A stretch of DNA of 64,000 nt from Azolla caroliniana (taxonomy: Eukaryota; Plantae; Polypodiophyta), in the NCBI GenBank assembly GCA_043228905.1, contig JBHGNT010000022.1:3534001-3598000 (forward strand), in the 5' to 3' direction. Of this stretch, positions 1 through 11,988 are shown piece after piece (positions within the stretch are counted from its first letter, which is position 1; every line of letters begins with the position of its first letter). The translations under genes and the position numbers were made by a program. A model generated the notes under the pieces. The model did no database searches, was not told the DNA's origin, and saw nothing but the letters and a program-made list of their open reading frames with translations.

Positions 1-99
1 GGCTATCTATCCCCTTTCCGACTTTTTCCGATCCTTCGGGATAGTGCGTCCGCTGCCGATTTCCTTGTTCGGTCCACCACAATTGCTCAACTCCTGTCG

Positions 100-520
100 A
101 CCACAATCATGTCACGTTGACGCACATTGCTCAACTCCTGTTGGAGTTAGAGCTTCCTGGCTGTCGTGCTTGCAGCAAAAATCATTTTCAGATTCCCCCA
201 AGCATCCTTCGGAGTTCTTGCATCCCAAATGTAGCTTAATGGTTGTTCACTCACATAGGACGCGAAGCAATAGAGAACTCTGTTCGCCGATTGTTCCCAG
301 GCTGGGAAGTCTCTGTGTGTCGATTGGGGTGCTGCATCATTTGCTCCATCGACATAGTTCTAGTATCCATGTCCGACCAGGTACTGGTGCATCTTGTATG
401 ACCAAGATACATAGTTACTTCTGTCGAGCTTCTCAGTTGGAAGCGAACTAGCCATACCTCTATCCATTTTTCTTCCTCTCTGTTCTTCACCGAGATTAGG
501 TTTTTGTTTCGAGCTTAAGT
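100..520 (-). mobile_element. Ty1/copia gag fragment (decayed)
   Basis: The minus strand reads ...EKLDRSNYVSWSYKMHQYLVGHGY...WEQSANRVLYCF...KDAWGNLKMIF...ARKL, matching the copia gag N-termini at 15.4, 25.4 and 62.0 kb. Boundaries approximate. Confidence 0.75.
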
Positions 521-559
521 CGGCCTCTCGGTTTCCGCACCAATCCGGTCAATGTTGAG

Positions 560-2074
560 CTTGTATCTCAACAAAACTCTTGTATGTTCCTAATGGTTCT
601 TGTCACCTTCGAGTAGTCCAAAACTATCATGACACATATACAGCTGGGCATTTTAGTAGTACTAAAACATTAGATTTAGTACAACGATCATTCTGGTGGC
701 CCCATATGCGACAATTTGTTGAAGATTTTGTTCGGTCTTGTGATATATGTTGCAAAGCAAAAATGCCAAGGCATCATCCATATGGTTTATTAGAACCATT
801 TCCAATTCCAAGCAGGCCATGGTAATCCATTGCTCTAGATTTCATCACAGATCTTCCGGTCTCTAAGGGATTCGATGCGATCTTACCAGTGGTAGATAGA
901 TATACGAAGATGGCCCATTTCCTGCCATGTACTAAGGAAATCTCCAGTGAGGAAACCTCCGAAAATGTCATGCGTGAAGTATGTTAGCATCATGGCCTTC
1001 CCAATAGTATCATCAGCGATCGTGGAACCTAGTTCGTCTCGAAATTCTGGAAGCATCTCTTTAAAATGCTCAAGGTCACTTGTAACCTCTCCTCCGACTA
1101 CCACTTGCAAACAGACAGACAAGCAGAATGAACGAATCAAACATTGGGGCAGTATCTTCGGTGCTTTCTAAGCTATCATCAAGATGATTGGGCAGATATT
1201 CTCCACTTCGCCGAATTTGTGTATAATAACTCTATCCACTCATTGACAAAGGTTACACCATTTTATGCTTATACGGGTTGTCACCCCTGGTGGTGTGTAT
1301 TTGAAACCCCGGAGTTACCCACAAATCCTTGCGCAGAGGATCGTTTGGAGCAGTTACGCAAGATACAAGCGGATTTATCTACTCATCTACAACAAGCTCA
1401 ACAAACACACAAGGTTTATGCAGATCCTCATCGGCTTCCATCCAGTTTTAACATTGGAGATCGGGTATGGCTACTTCAACGACACATCAAGACTACTCGC
1501 CCATGCGAGAAGTTGGATTATCGGCGATTTGGTCCTTTCCGTATTATCGGAAAAATTAATGATGTCGCTTTTCGTCTCGATCTACCTCCACAACTTCGGA
1601 TACATCCGGTGTTTCATAGTTCTCTCCTCGAACCCTATCAAGACAGCATCATCCCAGGTCGTATTAAACAACCTCCACCCCCGATCAAACTTGAAGACGG
1701 ACCTGAGTACGAGGTTGCCGCCATCGTCGATTCCAAGATTGTTCGCAACAAGCTCTACTAATGATGTCGCTTTTCGTCTCGATCTACCTCCACAACTTCG
1801 GATACATCAGGTGTTTCATAGTTCTCTCCTCGAACCCTATCACGACAACATCATCCCATGTCGTATTAAACAACCTCCACCCCCGATCGAACTTGAAGAT
1901 GGACCTGAGTACGAGGTTGCTGCCATCGTCAATTCCAAGATTGTTCGCAACAAGCTCTACTATTTAGACGATTGGCTAGGATATATTCCCACCGAGCATA
2001 CTTGGGAACCAAAAGAGAATGTGACCAATGCTCGTGCTCTTCTTGAAGGCTTCCATCGTCAATATCCAGACTAA
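560..2074 (+). mobile_element. Chromoviral Ty3/gypsy pol remnant: integrase plus chromodomain (Tcn1-like by appearance)
   Basis: HHCC zinc finger (HDTYTAGH...CDIC), rve core, GPF/Y motif (GPFRII) and chromodomain (EYEVAAIVNSK...YLDDWLGY...TWEP). Interrupted by stops and frameshifts. Confidence 0.9.
1557..1962 (+). repeat. 202-bp tandem duplication inside the integrase C-terminus/chromodomain
   Basis: TAATGATGTCGCTTTTCG...AAGCTCTAC starts at 1557 and again at 1759 with few differences. Confidence 0.95.
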
Positions 2075-2129
2075 CCGGGTCCTCAATCCAAAAAGACTCG
2101 TGATACTCATCGTTTTAAAGGGGCAATAG

Positions 2130-2390
2130 TGTCATGATATGGCAAGACTCAAACTCATGACCTTATGTTACATTCTAGAAACTTCAGGAGTACTCCTGAG
2201 AACACTATAAAAGGAGGCACAAGGCATTATTTCGAACCAAATCGGTTCAACGCGAGTCTTAAGCCTCCTAGCTACTATTGTATATTCTCTTAACATAATA
2301 TATATCTTTTGTTATCATCACACACACACACACTCTCTCTCTCACTCTTTCCTTCTCTCGAGATTTCTACACCTCCCTTAGTACTAATCC
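2130..2390 (+). mobile_element. 3' LTR of the chromovirus remnant (truncated or deleted)
   Basis: Follows purine tract AAAGGGGCAATAG and begins TGTCATGAT like the solo LTR at 34292. Shares the GGTTCAACGC block, a TATA-like CTATAAAA and a CT-rich tail. Confidence 0.7.
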
Positions 2391-3047
2391 TCATCTTTTA
2401 GTACTAATTCCTTCTCTGTCGTCTTGGTAACGGAGTCTCACTAACTTCCGGAATACTGAAACAAAATTTACGGCATTTTTATTATCTAGCATGGGACCGA
2501 TTTTCTCCCAGAGCACATGAGACTTGCTTTCTTCATTGAAGTTGTTGTACAGGCTCATGTCAATGAAGCACCTAATGTATGTCGTCGTCGTCATATGCAT
2601 CACCTCCCACATCGTGGCATCGATCTTTTCTGGTTTCTTGTCCCCGAACTATATAGGCAGCCAAAGATCTTTGACCATGAGCATGTCCCTCATCTTCAAC
2701 TTCCATACTGGATAGTTGGAGCTGGTGAGCTTGAACATGCTTCCGAATGACTCTTCCATTTTCTTTAGGGTTTAGAACCTTGCTCTGATACCAGTTTGTG
2801 TGGAATACTGCTCAGCCACAACCGAGTCTTAAACACTCAAAGCAAGAACAAACAAAAAGGAAATGGAGATTAATACTCTTACACAGACAAAAGAGAGGAC
2901 ACCAGATGTTTATATGAAAAACCCTAATAGGGAAAAACCACGGGAGCCCACAGATTCCAACTATCACTATAAGAGAAAGGGGTACAATAGGAGACTCAAA
3001 GGCAACGACCTCAAGTTCTATGACTTCGGCAACCAACGGTTACAACA
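2391..3047 (-). mobile_element. Ty1/copia fragment: truncated 5' LTR (2797-3047), PBS-Met (2781-2793) and gag N-terminus
   Basis: Reverse complement TGGTATCAGAGCA lies next to an LTR homologous to 37282-37841 and 53059-53584. The gag sequence TYIRCFIDMSLYNNFNEESK matches the gag at 48.3 kb. Confidence 0.85.
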
Positions 3048-3048
3048 A

Positions 3049-5168
3049 ACGACAAAACTGATCAAGATAAAGTTGCATCGGCATCATAGAGACCAGGATG
3101 AACTGGCACGCAGGGTGAACCGGGAAATTGCAGAGGAAGAGGCTGACAAAGAACCAACCAAAACCCTTCAATGTCGCCCAAGGAAGCACGACATGGAGCA
3201 GCAGGGGGAAGGATCGGGTACGGAGCAGGACAGTACCCCGAAGACCCGCTCAACGGTGGTGGAACCCAAGACGGAGGAAGAGCCGGTAATAAGACTAGAA
3301 GCGGTGACAACGATTCAATAAGAACCGGTTACAGAAAGACTTACCTCATAGGGTCTTCAAGCGCAGTAGCACGAGGAACGCCGTTCAGAGCGGACACCAG
3401 AAGAAGAACCGCTGACCTAATGGCTTAGGGAAGAGCACGACCGGAGACCGGAGCCAGTGCATCAATTTGCTACCGTAACACAACATGGAACCTGCCGCCA
3501 ATGGTTAAAGTGGCTCGGAAAGCAGGTATTTGGTGTGGTTGACCGGATGGATGACGAACAACGGCAAATAGGAGATCAGGCAGAACGATTGCTAGCCATA
3601 ACCGAAGAACTAGAGAAGGCCCAAGCACAGATCCGGAGCCTGGAAGAAGAGGTGAAGAGGGCTAAAGAATTCACGGCCATCATGGCCAGTATGGGCCAGA
3701 GCACAAGTGAAACAATGGAGCCGGTGCCACCGGCTAACCTATAGAAGGAAGCTCTGGAAACGCATGCACAACCGGAGACTAGCAAAGCCCCGGTAAAAGA
3801 AGTTGAGTGAGAATAGGAATTGTTAACATTAAGGGAAGAATTAACCGCTCAAGAAGCATTGCGAGAATGAGAAAAAGTGCAAAGGAAGACAACTGAAGAA
3901 GAGAAGTGGAGGATGGAAGAAAATCTCTGGAAAAATCAAGCAAACAACGACCGTCGGAAGGAGGAAAGAGAAAAACTGCAGCGAGAAAAAGACAAGCTCC
4001 GGAGAATGGCGGAAACCCAAATAGAACGGCTAAAAGAAGAAATCTGGCAATAGAAGGTGAGAGAGGACCGGGCACGCTCCCAATTAAACCGAAGACTAAA
4101 GCAAAAAACGGAAGATTTTGAAAATCTGCACCAGAACCACAAGCTGCTTGAAGCGGAACACAAGAAGCTGGGGTCGGATTTTGACCGGCAGCAAGAGAAA
4201 TTTAAGGAAGTCTGGACGGAACTAGCAAAGAAAATGGAGGCGCTGGTGGAAGAACAAAGGACGATTGTCTCAACGGTGAAGATGTTGGAAGAAGCGGAGA
4301 GGAAAAGAATACAGCTCACCGGAATGCACTATGACGAATTAGAACGGGCAAAAATGGCTTTGGATAAGGTCCAAATTACCTACCAAACCAAGTTATTGGA
4401 TTATGAAGTACAGGTACAGGCCACTGCTGCCCTTATCAAGAAGATGAAGGACGAGAAGCAGGCTGCAAAGGACAGTATCAAGCTCGGTGTGGAACGAATA
4501 TAGATGATAGTCACGACATGGAAAAACCGGATGAAGACCAATATTGATGATTGTGCAGCCATAGTGTGGAATCAATGGTCGCAACAAGCGATTGAATTAC
4601 AGATTCTCTGAGCTGATGCGGAAAACCAGAAGAAGGATGATGACATTTTCTACAAGATGGATGAAGAAAGTATTGTCACCATCCGGGAGGAATTGTCAGA
4701 CGACTTCTTTTCCTTGGCCAAAACTCACCTTGAAGCTGTCCGAAGGCTGATTGAAAGGCTTGATGATGATCAGCTCAGAACACAACTTCAGTTCGAGCGA
4801 TACAAACGGGAACACCGACGGTTGGAAGCTGAAAGACGCTCAACGACGACAATCAACATAAGTGATGAGGAGCAGTCTGGGGAACCACAACCGCAGGAGG
4901 AGGAGCCGCCAAATGAAGCCAAAAGAGAACAGCCAAGGGAAGCCAGTGTGGACTAGAACGAAGCGGTCGGGTCGGAGAGCAGCGAGCGAGGACCGGAGAC
5001 GGAGAGAATACCGAAGCTGGCGCAAGAACGGAGATTCTTCAGCCGGAAGAAGGTAGAGAGCAACAACAGGAGCAACAGGAGAAGAAGCAACAAGAGCAGC
5101 AACAACTGAGTGAAGTACCGTTCGAACCCCTAGACCAGAGTATATTGGACATACGCGACGAGGATTGA
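3049..5168 (+). pseudogene. Decayed ~700-codon E/K/Q/R-rich coiled-coil ORF, probably a retroelement extra ORF
   Basis: ORF-track pieces at 2863, 3457, 4057 and 4657 are all in the same frame and are separated only by in-frame stops, with one probable frameshift near 5000. It ends ...DQSILDIRDED* just before an LTR. Confidence 0.6.
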
Positions 5169-5197
5169 TAGAGCTAACTTGTGGATTCGACGTACAA

Positions 5198-5681
5198 TGT
5201 ATTGTCCCACAGGTGTGCCATGTTTTGGCTAGAGTGTGGAGGACAAGTGTGGGACGAGTTGAGAACGGATAATAGTATTAGTATTAATTAGTTATAATTA
5301 TAATACGAACAAACGGATCCAAAATAGTTGCAGCGATCCGGATCCGGACTGATTCGTAGCCGGTTTCCGGTATGGTACTGTTTTGTAATCAGAACTGGAG
5401 GCCTCTAAAAGGATCCGGGAAGCAATGTAATGAAGATGGAAGTAACATAAGTTGAATTGGATTTCAGTATTATGTATCTTGTCTACTTACCGTCTATGCT
5501 TAATCTTATATCTTACACGTGTTAATCAATTGGTGTTATATTGCGATCCCGAAACCGATCCCGAAACAATTGGATTACAATCATATCTGTGCCAGTTAAC
5601 ATCCTACCCATAACCACCCCTTTGGTGAACTGATCCGGAAGGACACCCTATGTTTGTGGCTAGTCCAGCCCAGGATAAACA
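5198..5681 (+). mobile_element. LTR, same family as solo LTR 41605-42040
   Basis: The 3' end GGACACCCTATGTT...CCCAGGATAAACA matches the reverse complement of the TSD-flanked solo LTR (GGACACCCTATGTT...CCTAGGATTAACA). The 5' boundary is approximate. Confidence 0.7.
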
Positions 5682-5699
5682 AAGTCCTCTCCAAGACAC

Positions 5700-6640
5700 A
5701 ATATGAGACCAGAACAACCAACGACATTAGGTTGGACGTCGACCACAACGGCGACCACACCCCACACACTACCGACCACGTTATCAACACTATCGAGGAT
5801 ACTTCCGATGTCCAAGACTCTGACACAATGCCATATCCATATCCTCGCTACAATGATGAAGCAGACGCTGAGGCACATGTGCACGCTTTCCTCACCACGT
5901 GGCAAACCAAACAAGTCTCCCAATAGCTAGCAGAGGTCAACGCGAATGCATCGAATATAGCCGTGTTCGGGCTATCCCTAGATGGTTAGATGACGAACTA
6001 GTATTCACAACACGACCTGGCCGAATTCCCAAATTTCGAACAATTGAAGGGCAAGTTCCTCTGACTGTTCCATCGTCGGATCCCACAACGCGAACTAATG
6101 AGTCAGTTCTATGCTATCGGCCAGGATGCCCACAAAATCGTCCCACAGTTTGTTATTCGCTTCTAGAGTCTCTGGCACTACCTGACACGGTCACCCTCAA
6201 AAGACGAGATTACGGAGACCTTTTTGGTGGCCCTTTGTGAGCCCCTACATACGACCTTAGCAATGGTCGATTTTTCAGGAAAGACTCCCAAAGACGTTAT
6301 CGATCACGTACTTCGATTGGATAGCGCACAGACAAATGACAACATGAACATGACCGCTTTGTAGCCTTATTGGATGACGAACTGCGTTTTCGTCAAGCGG
6401 TCCAACACACAACATGTTGTAACCCCGATCATTCGGCTGTCAAATGCACCTTGAGGTTGCACTGCCCAATATGCCACTCTAGGGCCCATACACTAGAACA
6501 ATGTGAATATAACCACCTGATTCGACCTGCGGCACCGGTTCAACGAATCGAACCACAGAACACTCGATGCTAACCGGATGATCGCTTCCGCCAATCAATA
6601 CCCCATTTGGCAAGCCCTTGCGGACTGCCAAATCATGATG
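5700..6640 (+). mobile_element. Ty3/gypsy-type gag pseudogene with Cys/His zinc knuckles
   Basis: Capsid-like ...YPRYNDEADAEAHVHAFLTTW...FEQLKGKFL*LFHRR...QFVIRF..., followed by CCNPDHSAVKC and CPICHSRAHTLEQC. Confidence 0.7.
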
Positions 6641-6744
6641 TCGATGCACAAACTGTTTAATTTAGTCTCGCGGTTTCGACAGTCAATGGAGACCTGAATA
6701 CGCAAGGCGAGCCAACCAGTCGTTGCGGCAAACTTCACGGAATC

Positions 6745-7295
6745 CACCCAATTCAAAAGATCTTTTTAAGGAGGCAATTAGGAGTTAAATACATTACCTC
6801 TTACCAAGTTATGCTATTGAAACAGATGTTTGGCCCATAGAAATATTGCCACTCCAAAGAGTATATAGATACATTACAAATGTCAAGAATATGCCGAAAA
6901 ATTGATTACCACATCTTGCTTGGAATGTTGGATGTAAGCTACAAAACAATCATAAGAGTAAGATTCTATCATCTGGTTTGGTTGTTGACACAAGGAAATG
7001 GTTTAGAAGATGGGGTGTGGATGATCTTTTAGAGCTTTCAGGCGATGTTATGCATTTTGTAATGATTGAGGAAAGGTTGATGGAATCATTAAGGATGAAG
7101 TGGGAAGATGCTAAGAGGACAAAGCTAGAATACTACATTGCGAATGTCAACCCTAAATGTTGGTCTCAATATTAAGCAAGAATGCCTATTGATTGTATTC
7201 AACCTTATCTCATTACCAATATGAGTAGTAATGCTCGTAGAGCCCTTACACTACTTCGCACTCGACCTCACAAGTTAGGTATTGAAGTTGCATTA
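6745..7295 (+). mobile_element. LINE (non-LTR) ORF2 3' fragment
   Basis: IQKIFLRRQLGVK...QPYL...ARRALTLLRTRPHKLGIEV resembles the post-RT region of LINE ORF2. Multiple stops. Confidence 0.6.
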
Positions 7296-7587
7296 TATTA
7301 CATCATGTGAGGGTTGTGGTTCTGAATTCTCCAATTACAACTCATCAGAAATCTTCATTTGTGCACATTTGTTACTTTAACCTAGCTAATTGGCATCCAT
7401 TATTTTTACCTTTTCACTACCATTCCTTTGTCTTGAGCAAATCAATCCATGGTGCACACTATAAATGTTCATTTCAAATATTACATCTCATATCATAAAC
7501 ATTACATCAAAGCTGAATCATGTATACATGGCTTGTACCACCATGGTTACAATAATGATAGTCTCACTCCCAAAAGAAAACATCATT

Positions 7588-8322
7588 TTACAAGGCGGAT
7601 GTATACAAATCAATTGAAGGGACAGTTAAAAGCGAATATTTAACCCGAAGACAAATCCTTTTGTTATCCAAGAAGAGTTTCGCACCAGTGACGAGCCAGT
7701 GTCCAGGCATATCTTGGGGGCCCTTGGTCATTTCAGTCGTATCAACATACTTCAAGAGCTTTGATTGTACTACGGGTCTTGGGGGGCCATCAGGATAAAC
7801 ACCCGAATTCATTTCTATGCGAGGCATCAGAGGTGGTGGTGCTGGAGGCTTTAAAGCTGCTGGCGAGGAGAAAGTTGTGCTTATAAAGCTCGAGAATACA
7901 CCCGACTTTTGCGTTGAAGATGGCATATGATCCCACTCTGATCGCCGAATCTTGGCATCTGCTATCTTGGAGTATAATAACCGAAGGAAGAGTACATTTT
8001 TCAGACCGAAGCTTTTGATCCCGAGTTGAGTTCCAATAACCACCGATGAACCTGCATGGTCACCGATCAACGTCTCTGTATTCTCCACCGGTGCAGTGCA
8101 AACGTGAGAAAAGCTCTTCCATTGGATTGGTTCGAAGTAGCGTGGATTGGAATCCTCGGCATCTTGCCATGTTACTTGGCCTGAAAATGGATGCTCTTCC
8201 CATAAAGGTTGCAAGATTTTTGGCATTGCTGTTAAGTGTTGGAGATGGATTGCCAATCGGTCACATTTCTTTCCTTCCAAGTACAAGCGCATCCCCGTAA
8301 CTGGTGTTTTCCCTACCGTCAC
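7588..8322 (-). CDS. MACPF gene coding exon 7 (terminal)
   Basis: Acceptor GCAG, VTVGKTPVTGMRLYLEG...YTSAL, stop TAA. Confidence 0.93.
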   Translation of the reverse strand: MTVGKTPVTGMRLYLEGKKCDRLAIHLQHLTAMPKILQPLWEEHPFSGQVTWQDAEDSNPRYFEPIQWKSFSHVCTAPVENTETLIGDHAGSSVVIGTQLGIKSFGLKNVLFLRLLYSKIADAKIRRSEWDHMPSSTQKSGVFSSFISTTFSSPAALKPPAPPPLMPRIEMNSGVYPDGPPRPVVQSKLLKYVDTTEMTKGPQDMPGHWLVTGAKLFLDNKRICLRVKYSLLTVPSIDLYTSAL

Positions 8323-11300
8323 CTGCTTGAAAGAAAATAACTCTTAGCAAAAGTGAAGGCAAGTCTATTATTTCATCTGGCCATTAAACACCTTATGATC
8401 TGGCCTAACGAATGTCTTGATGGCAAACATTGAAACTTAACCCAAAGGATCTCCCTATATCAACTTGTCCAAAGACATTCTGTCTGCATACACCCCGAAG
8501 ACTTTCCCCAACCCTAAACCCCTAAACTCTAGAAAAACATGATAAAATATTAGATGATTGCTAATTCTTGGGATTACCCCTTAACTATCGACAAATCCCA
8601 AGGAGATCTTTTCTCGATTAGCGGGACTTTAATGACGGAAATCCAGAACAATGCATAGTGTTATCTAAGTTGAGAAGACATCATGACATGCATGCCATAA
8701 AAATAAATAAGCTAATAAAATATTGAAACAGGGTGAATTTAAACCAAACACAATGCAATACCGGTGTAATGCTAACTTTAAGCTTGGGACCCATCAAACT
8801 GAACTGCAGTGTTGAAGGGCTATGTTCTTTCCTTGACAAAGTTAGCGGCAATTCACCAAATACAGGTGCCCATTCCCGGGGCAGTTGAAATTCTAGAAAC
8901 TGCCGTAGCTCTTCAATAGGTGGTTTATCTGAGAAAATAGGAATGAACCACATAAAATGACACCATTTTGGACATCTTCATAAGACAATCACACAGTTCC
9001 TGGTAAAGAAAACAATGCACTCACATCTAAGGTAGAGGTTCACTGCATGGCTTAAAAACCCATTTCCAGGAACCCCACTGAGCAACGATGTGATGGGCAC
9101 AAAACTCATAGATATAACATCAGGTGCCAACGGCACAGTTCGGACCCATTCCGAGTGTGTTTCAGCCTCATTGAGGCCACCCTTTCTCCTTGGAGAAATG
9201 ATTACATGCTTCATCACAAAAGCATAGAAACCATTAGAAATTATTCATCAATATATGCAAGTCATTGACCCTATCATTCAAACCCTCGACCTCAGTACAT
9301 CTAGTGCAGCATGAGAACTTAGAAGAGTCTTGAGTACATGTCACCCAACCCTACTAGACCTATGAGCTTAGGTTAACTCATGAACATTGTAAACTGAGGT
9401 TACCTGTTTATCTTTAAAAATTGTCTGGGATGACCACTCAGAGTCCATATTATACTGCACGGTGGCACATTAAAAAAATCTTTCAGTTCTTGTTTTTTGG
9501 TTCCACGTGATTTATCGGAAAAAGAGCAAAGAAAAACAAAATATGAGTAGATACGAATAATAATATTGATGCATAATTACTGGTCAGTCATGTTATGCAT
9601 AAATACATAAACATTTTAGTTTTACTACAACTATGATACAAGGTTTCACAAACTAATGTGTGACCATATACAGAAAAGAATACCCTTCTGTTCATGTGAG
9701 CGCCCTTTCTGGAGCTTTTTTCTGTTTGGGAAAACCGGTCATCCGACACTTCAGAAAGCAGTTTCTGAAGCTCATCAGGAGTTAAGGTTGATGGCTGTTG
9801 TTGCTTCAAGTAGAGTACATCTTTTCCACCGATCTTCACACCCACTATAATGTGTGTGCCATAAGCCTCGATAAAGCTGCAACACACCCAACGTAAAACA
9901 ATGCTTTAGATCTTTATGAGGACAACCAAAACCTACAAGGAAAATATAATCAATGCAAATGGTCAGTCAAGCAAACGCAAAGCCATGAAGGTATATGCTT
10001 GAAAATTAAATATTTCTTTCAACCTCTTTCAATGGGAGAGTTAGATTCTGCCTATTCAGGCTGCAATAAAATAATCAATGGCAAAAAGAGATTATTATCT
10101 AAATATCAAGCGCTGATATACTTCTGATATTAATGCAAATATTTACATAGTTGCATGGGCACACATTTTAGTTACAGGACCAATGGTTATGATAAGACTT
10201 AGAGAGAAAGCTAAACGAAGGAAATGTGCTAGGGGGTGGCAAAAAGGAACTTACATTGTTGAAAACTTATATGTGGAAATTCAGGTTAGAACACTGAAGG
10301 AGAAAGTAGGGATCTACCCTAAATAACAAGGTCTAAACTGATTTTGATATGTGAAAACAAATCCATACATCAGGGTCTTTTTGTTCTTATGTTGCATAGA
10401 ACCCCAAATATTATTAACTGGTTTGTTTTTGGCCAATGCAACAGCACATGTTTCCAGAAATACGAATACATTGAAATTTATCTTTTCACCTGGCTAATGC
10501 AGCTGGATCCCATGATTCTGGTACTAACGCTTTCAATTCTTCTTTCAAAACAAGGTTAGATCTTGGCATCTCAACGGTATACAGGGTATAGAACCATCCA
10601 TCCAGTGCAAGACGCTTTGTTGATGCCGCATCCTTAGGCCATACTCCAGAAAACTGAAACATAGAATTAAAGAGGCCGCATGGAGTCTTTCCAGATAGCG
10701 AGAGCCCCTGATTGAACTGCTGAGACATCTGTAATATAATATTTTGGATATGGAATAGTTAAGATATACATTGGAAATTCTACAGAAGCAATTATGATAA
10801 ATCTGATAGTGGCAACAGTTAGGGTGGGTGATAGTTTATTAAGTTATCTTGCACATGTTTCAAAGCTATCATAAGGCTCTTCCTATCATTGATCTAGAAG
10901 ACCCATGTTTCACCAACAAAAAACAGAAGTATCTCATTCTCTATTTTAGACTGAGAACTCAATCCTTTGCCAGTTAAGTACAAAAATGTTGACGTTCGTA
11001 AGTTTATGTGACTCGATAAACTAGAAAATGGGCCATCTACCATAAGAAGACAATGACAATAGAATATTTTTGTATGCCGAAGTCTAATTGAATACTAGAT
11101 AAATCATATGGAAACAATTGTCATTCAGTGACAGAGCTTCATTAATACTTGCATCAAACAATAACTTCACAAGCTTACCCTTGACTTTTTCTTAATTTTT
11201 CTTAAGTGTAGAATTTGTCAGATCGTCTTTTGGTCCTCAGACACTCATCTTCCATATACATTAAAATATCTACGATACTCATCTTCACAATAAACAATCC

Positions 11301-11950
11301 ATGTGTCCTTCTCTGTTCCCTTTTTTTTTCATGCCTCTCATCAATACTTTCTTGAAACTAATTTATTTGAATCTGAATCATTATTGCCTGAAACTCTTGC
11401 AAAGCATTCCGTTCACACAAAAATGCCGAAAATACTTGTCTTCACAATAAAAATCCACATGTTCTTCTATGTTCCCCTTCTTTTTCATGCCTCTCATCAA
11501 TGCTTACTAGAAACTAATTTATTCCAATCCAAACTGCTACTGCCAGAAACTCTAAACACACTTCAACCTTATACCTTTGATGATGTTTTGTTTCTTATGT
11601 TCAATACATGTAAAGCTGATTTAATAATACACCTTTGAGAACGCTGAACTTAGAAACTAAATAAGGAGCTTTGCTAAACTCACCTGATCAAAAGTAAGCA
11701 CATCCGAACGGAAACGTGTACGTTCACCTTTATCGCACTTGAAGATCGAAGGCACATTCTCAATAGCTAACCCCCCTGGAAGTACAAGCTTCTGCCTCTC
11801 TTTGTCACTAAACTCAATCAGGGGTTCACCATTTGCATTCTTACATGATGAAAACCTCAGATCGCAAAGGATATCATAACCTCGGCCCAGTGAATGGATG
11901 GCATGCTTGGCTACAGTTTCCGCTTCCAAAGAAGCTTGCTTTGGAGCCAT
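7588..11950 (-). CDS. MACPF (membrane attack complex/perforin) domain protein, NSL1/CAD1/At4g24290 family; 7 coding exons, 611 aa
   Basis: Exons 11950-11684, 10728-10490, 9876-9684, 9454-9404, 9208-9025, 8928-8762 and 8322-7588 have GT-AG introns with consistent phases, summing to 1836 nt. Contains the MACPF signature YGTHIIVGVKIGG and family motifs CDKGERTRFRSDVLTF, AVNLYLRYKPPIEEL, GPQDMPGHWLVTGAKL. Confidence 0.95.
8762..8928 (-). CDS. MACPF gene coding exon 6
   Basis: Acceptor CTCAG, (Y)KPPIEELRQFLEFQLP...ITP, donor GTATTG. Confidence 0.9.
9025..9208 (-). CDS. MACPF gene coding exon 5
   Basis: Acceptor AAG, HVIISPRRKGG...AVNLYLR, donor GTGAGT. Confidence 0.88.
9404..9454 (-). CDS. MACPF gene coding exon 4 (51-nt small exon)
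   Basis: GTGCAG|TATAATATGGAC...GATAAACAG|GTAACC encodes YNMDSEWSSQTIFKDKQ, phase 0/0. Not in the ORF track. Confidence 0.7.
9684..9876 (-). CDS. MACPF gene coding exon 3
   Basis: Acceptor TTGCAG, FIEAYGTHIIVG...MNRR, donor GTATTC. Confidence 0.85.
10490..10728 (-). CDS. MACPF gene coding exon 2
   Basis: Acceptor CAG, MSQQFNQ...WDPAALA, donor GTGAAA. Confidence 0.92.
11276..11555. repeat. ~157-bp-period diverged tandem duplication in MACPF intron 1
   Basis: TCTTCACAATAAA...CATGCCTCTCATCAAT...GAAACTAATTTATT...GAAACTCT occurs twice. Confidence 0.8.
11684..11950 (-). CDS. MACPF gene coding exon 1
   Basis: ATG at 11950; MAPKQ...SDVLTFDQ followed by donor GTGAGT. Confidence 0.9.
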
Positions 11951-11988
11951 CTATTGCATCATTCTAACCTCCACAAAGAGATGATATC

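Noticed and set aside
2863-3321. 152-aa ORF as a gene
   Set aside because: Chimeric: the first ~60 codons are antisense copia LTR. The similar ORFs at 37279, 44040, 52370 and 53047 are also LTR antisense.
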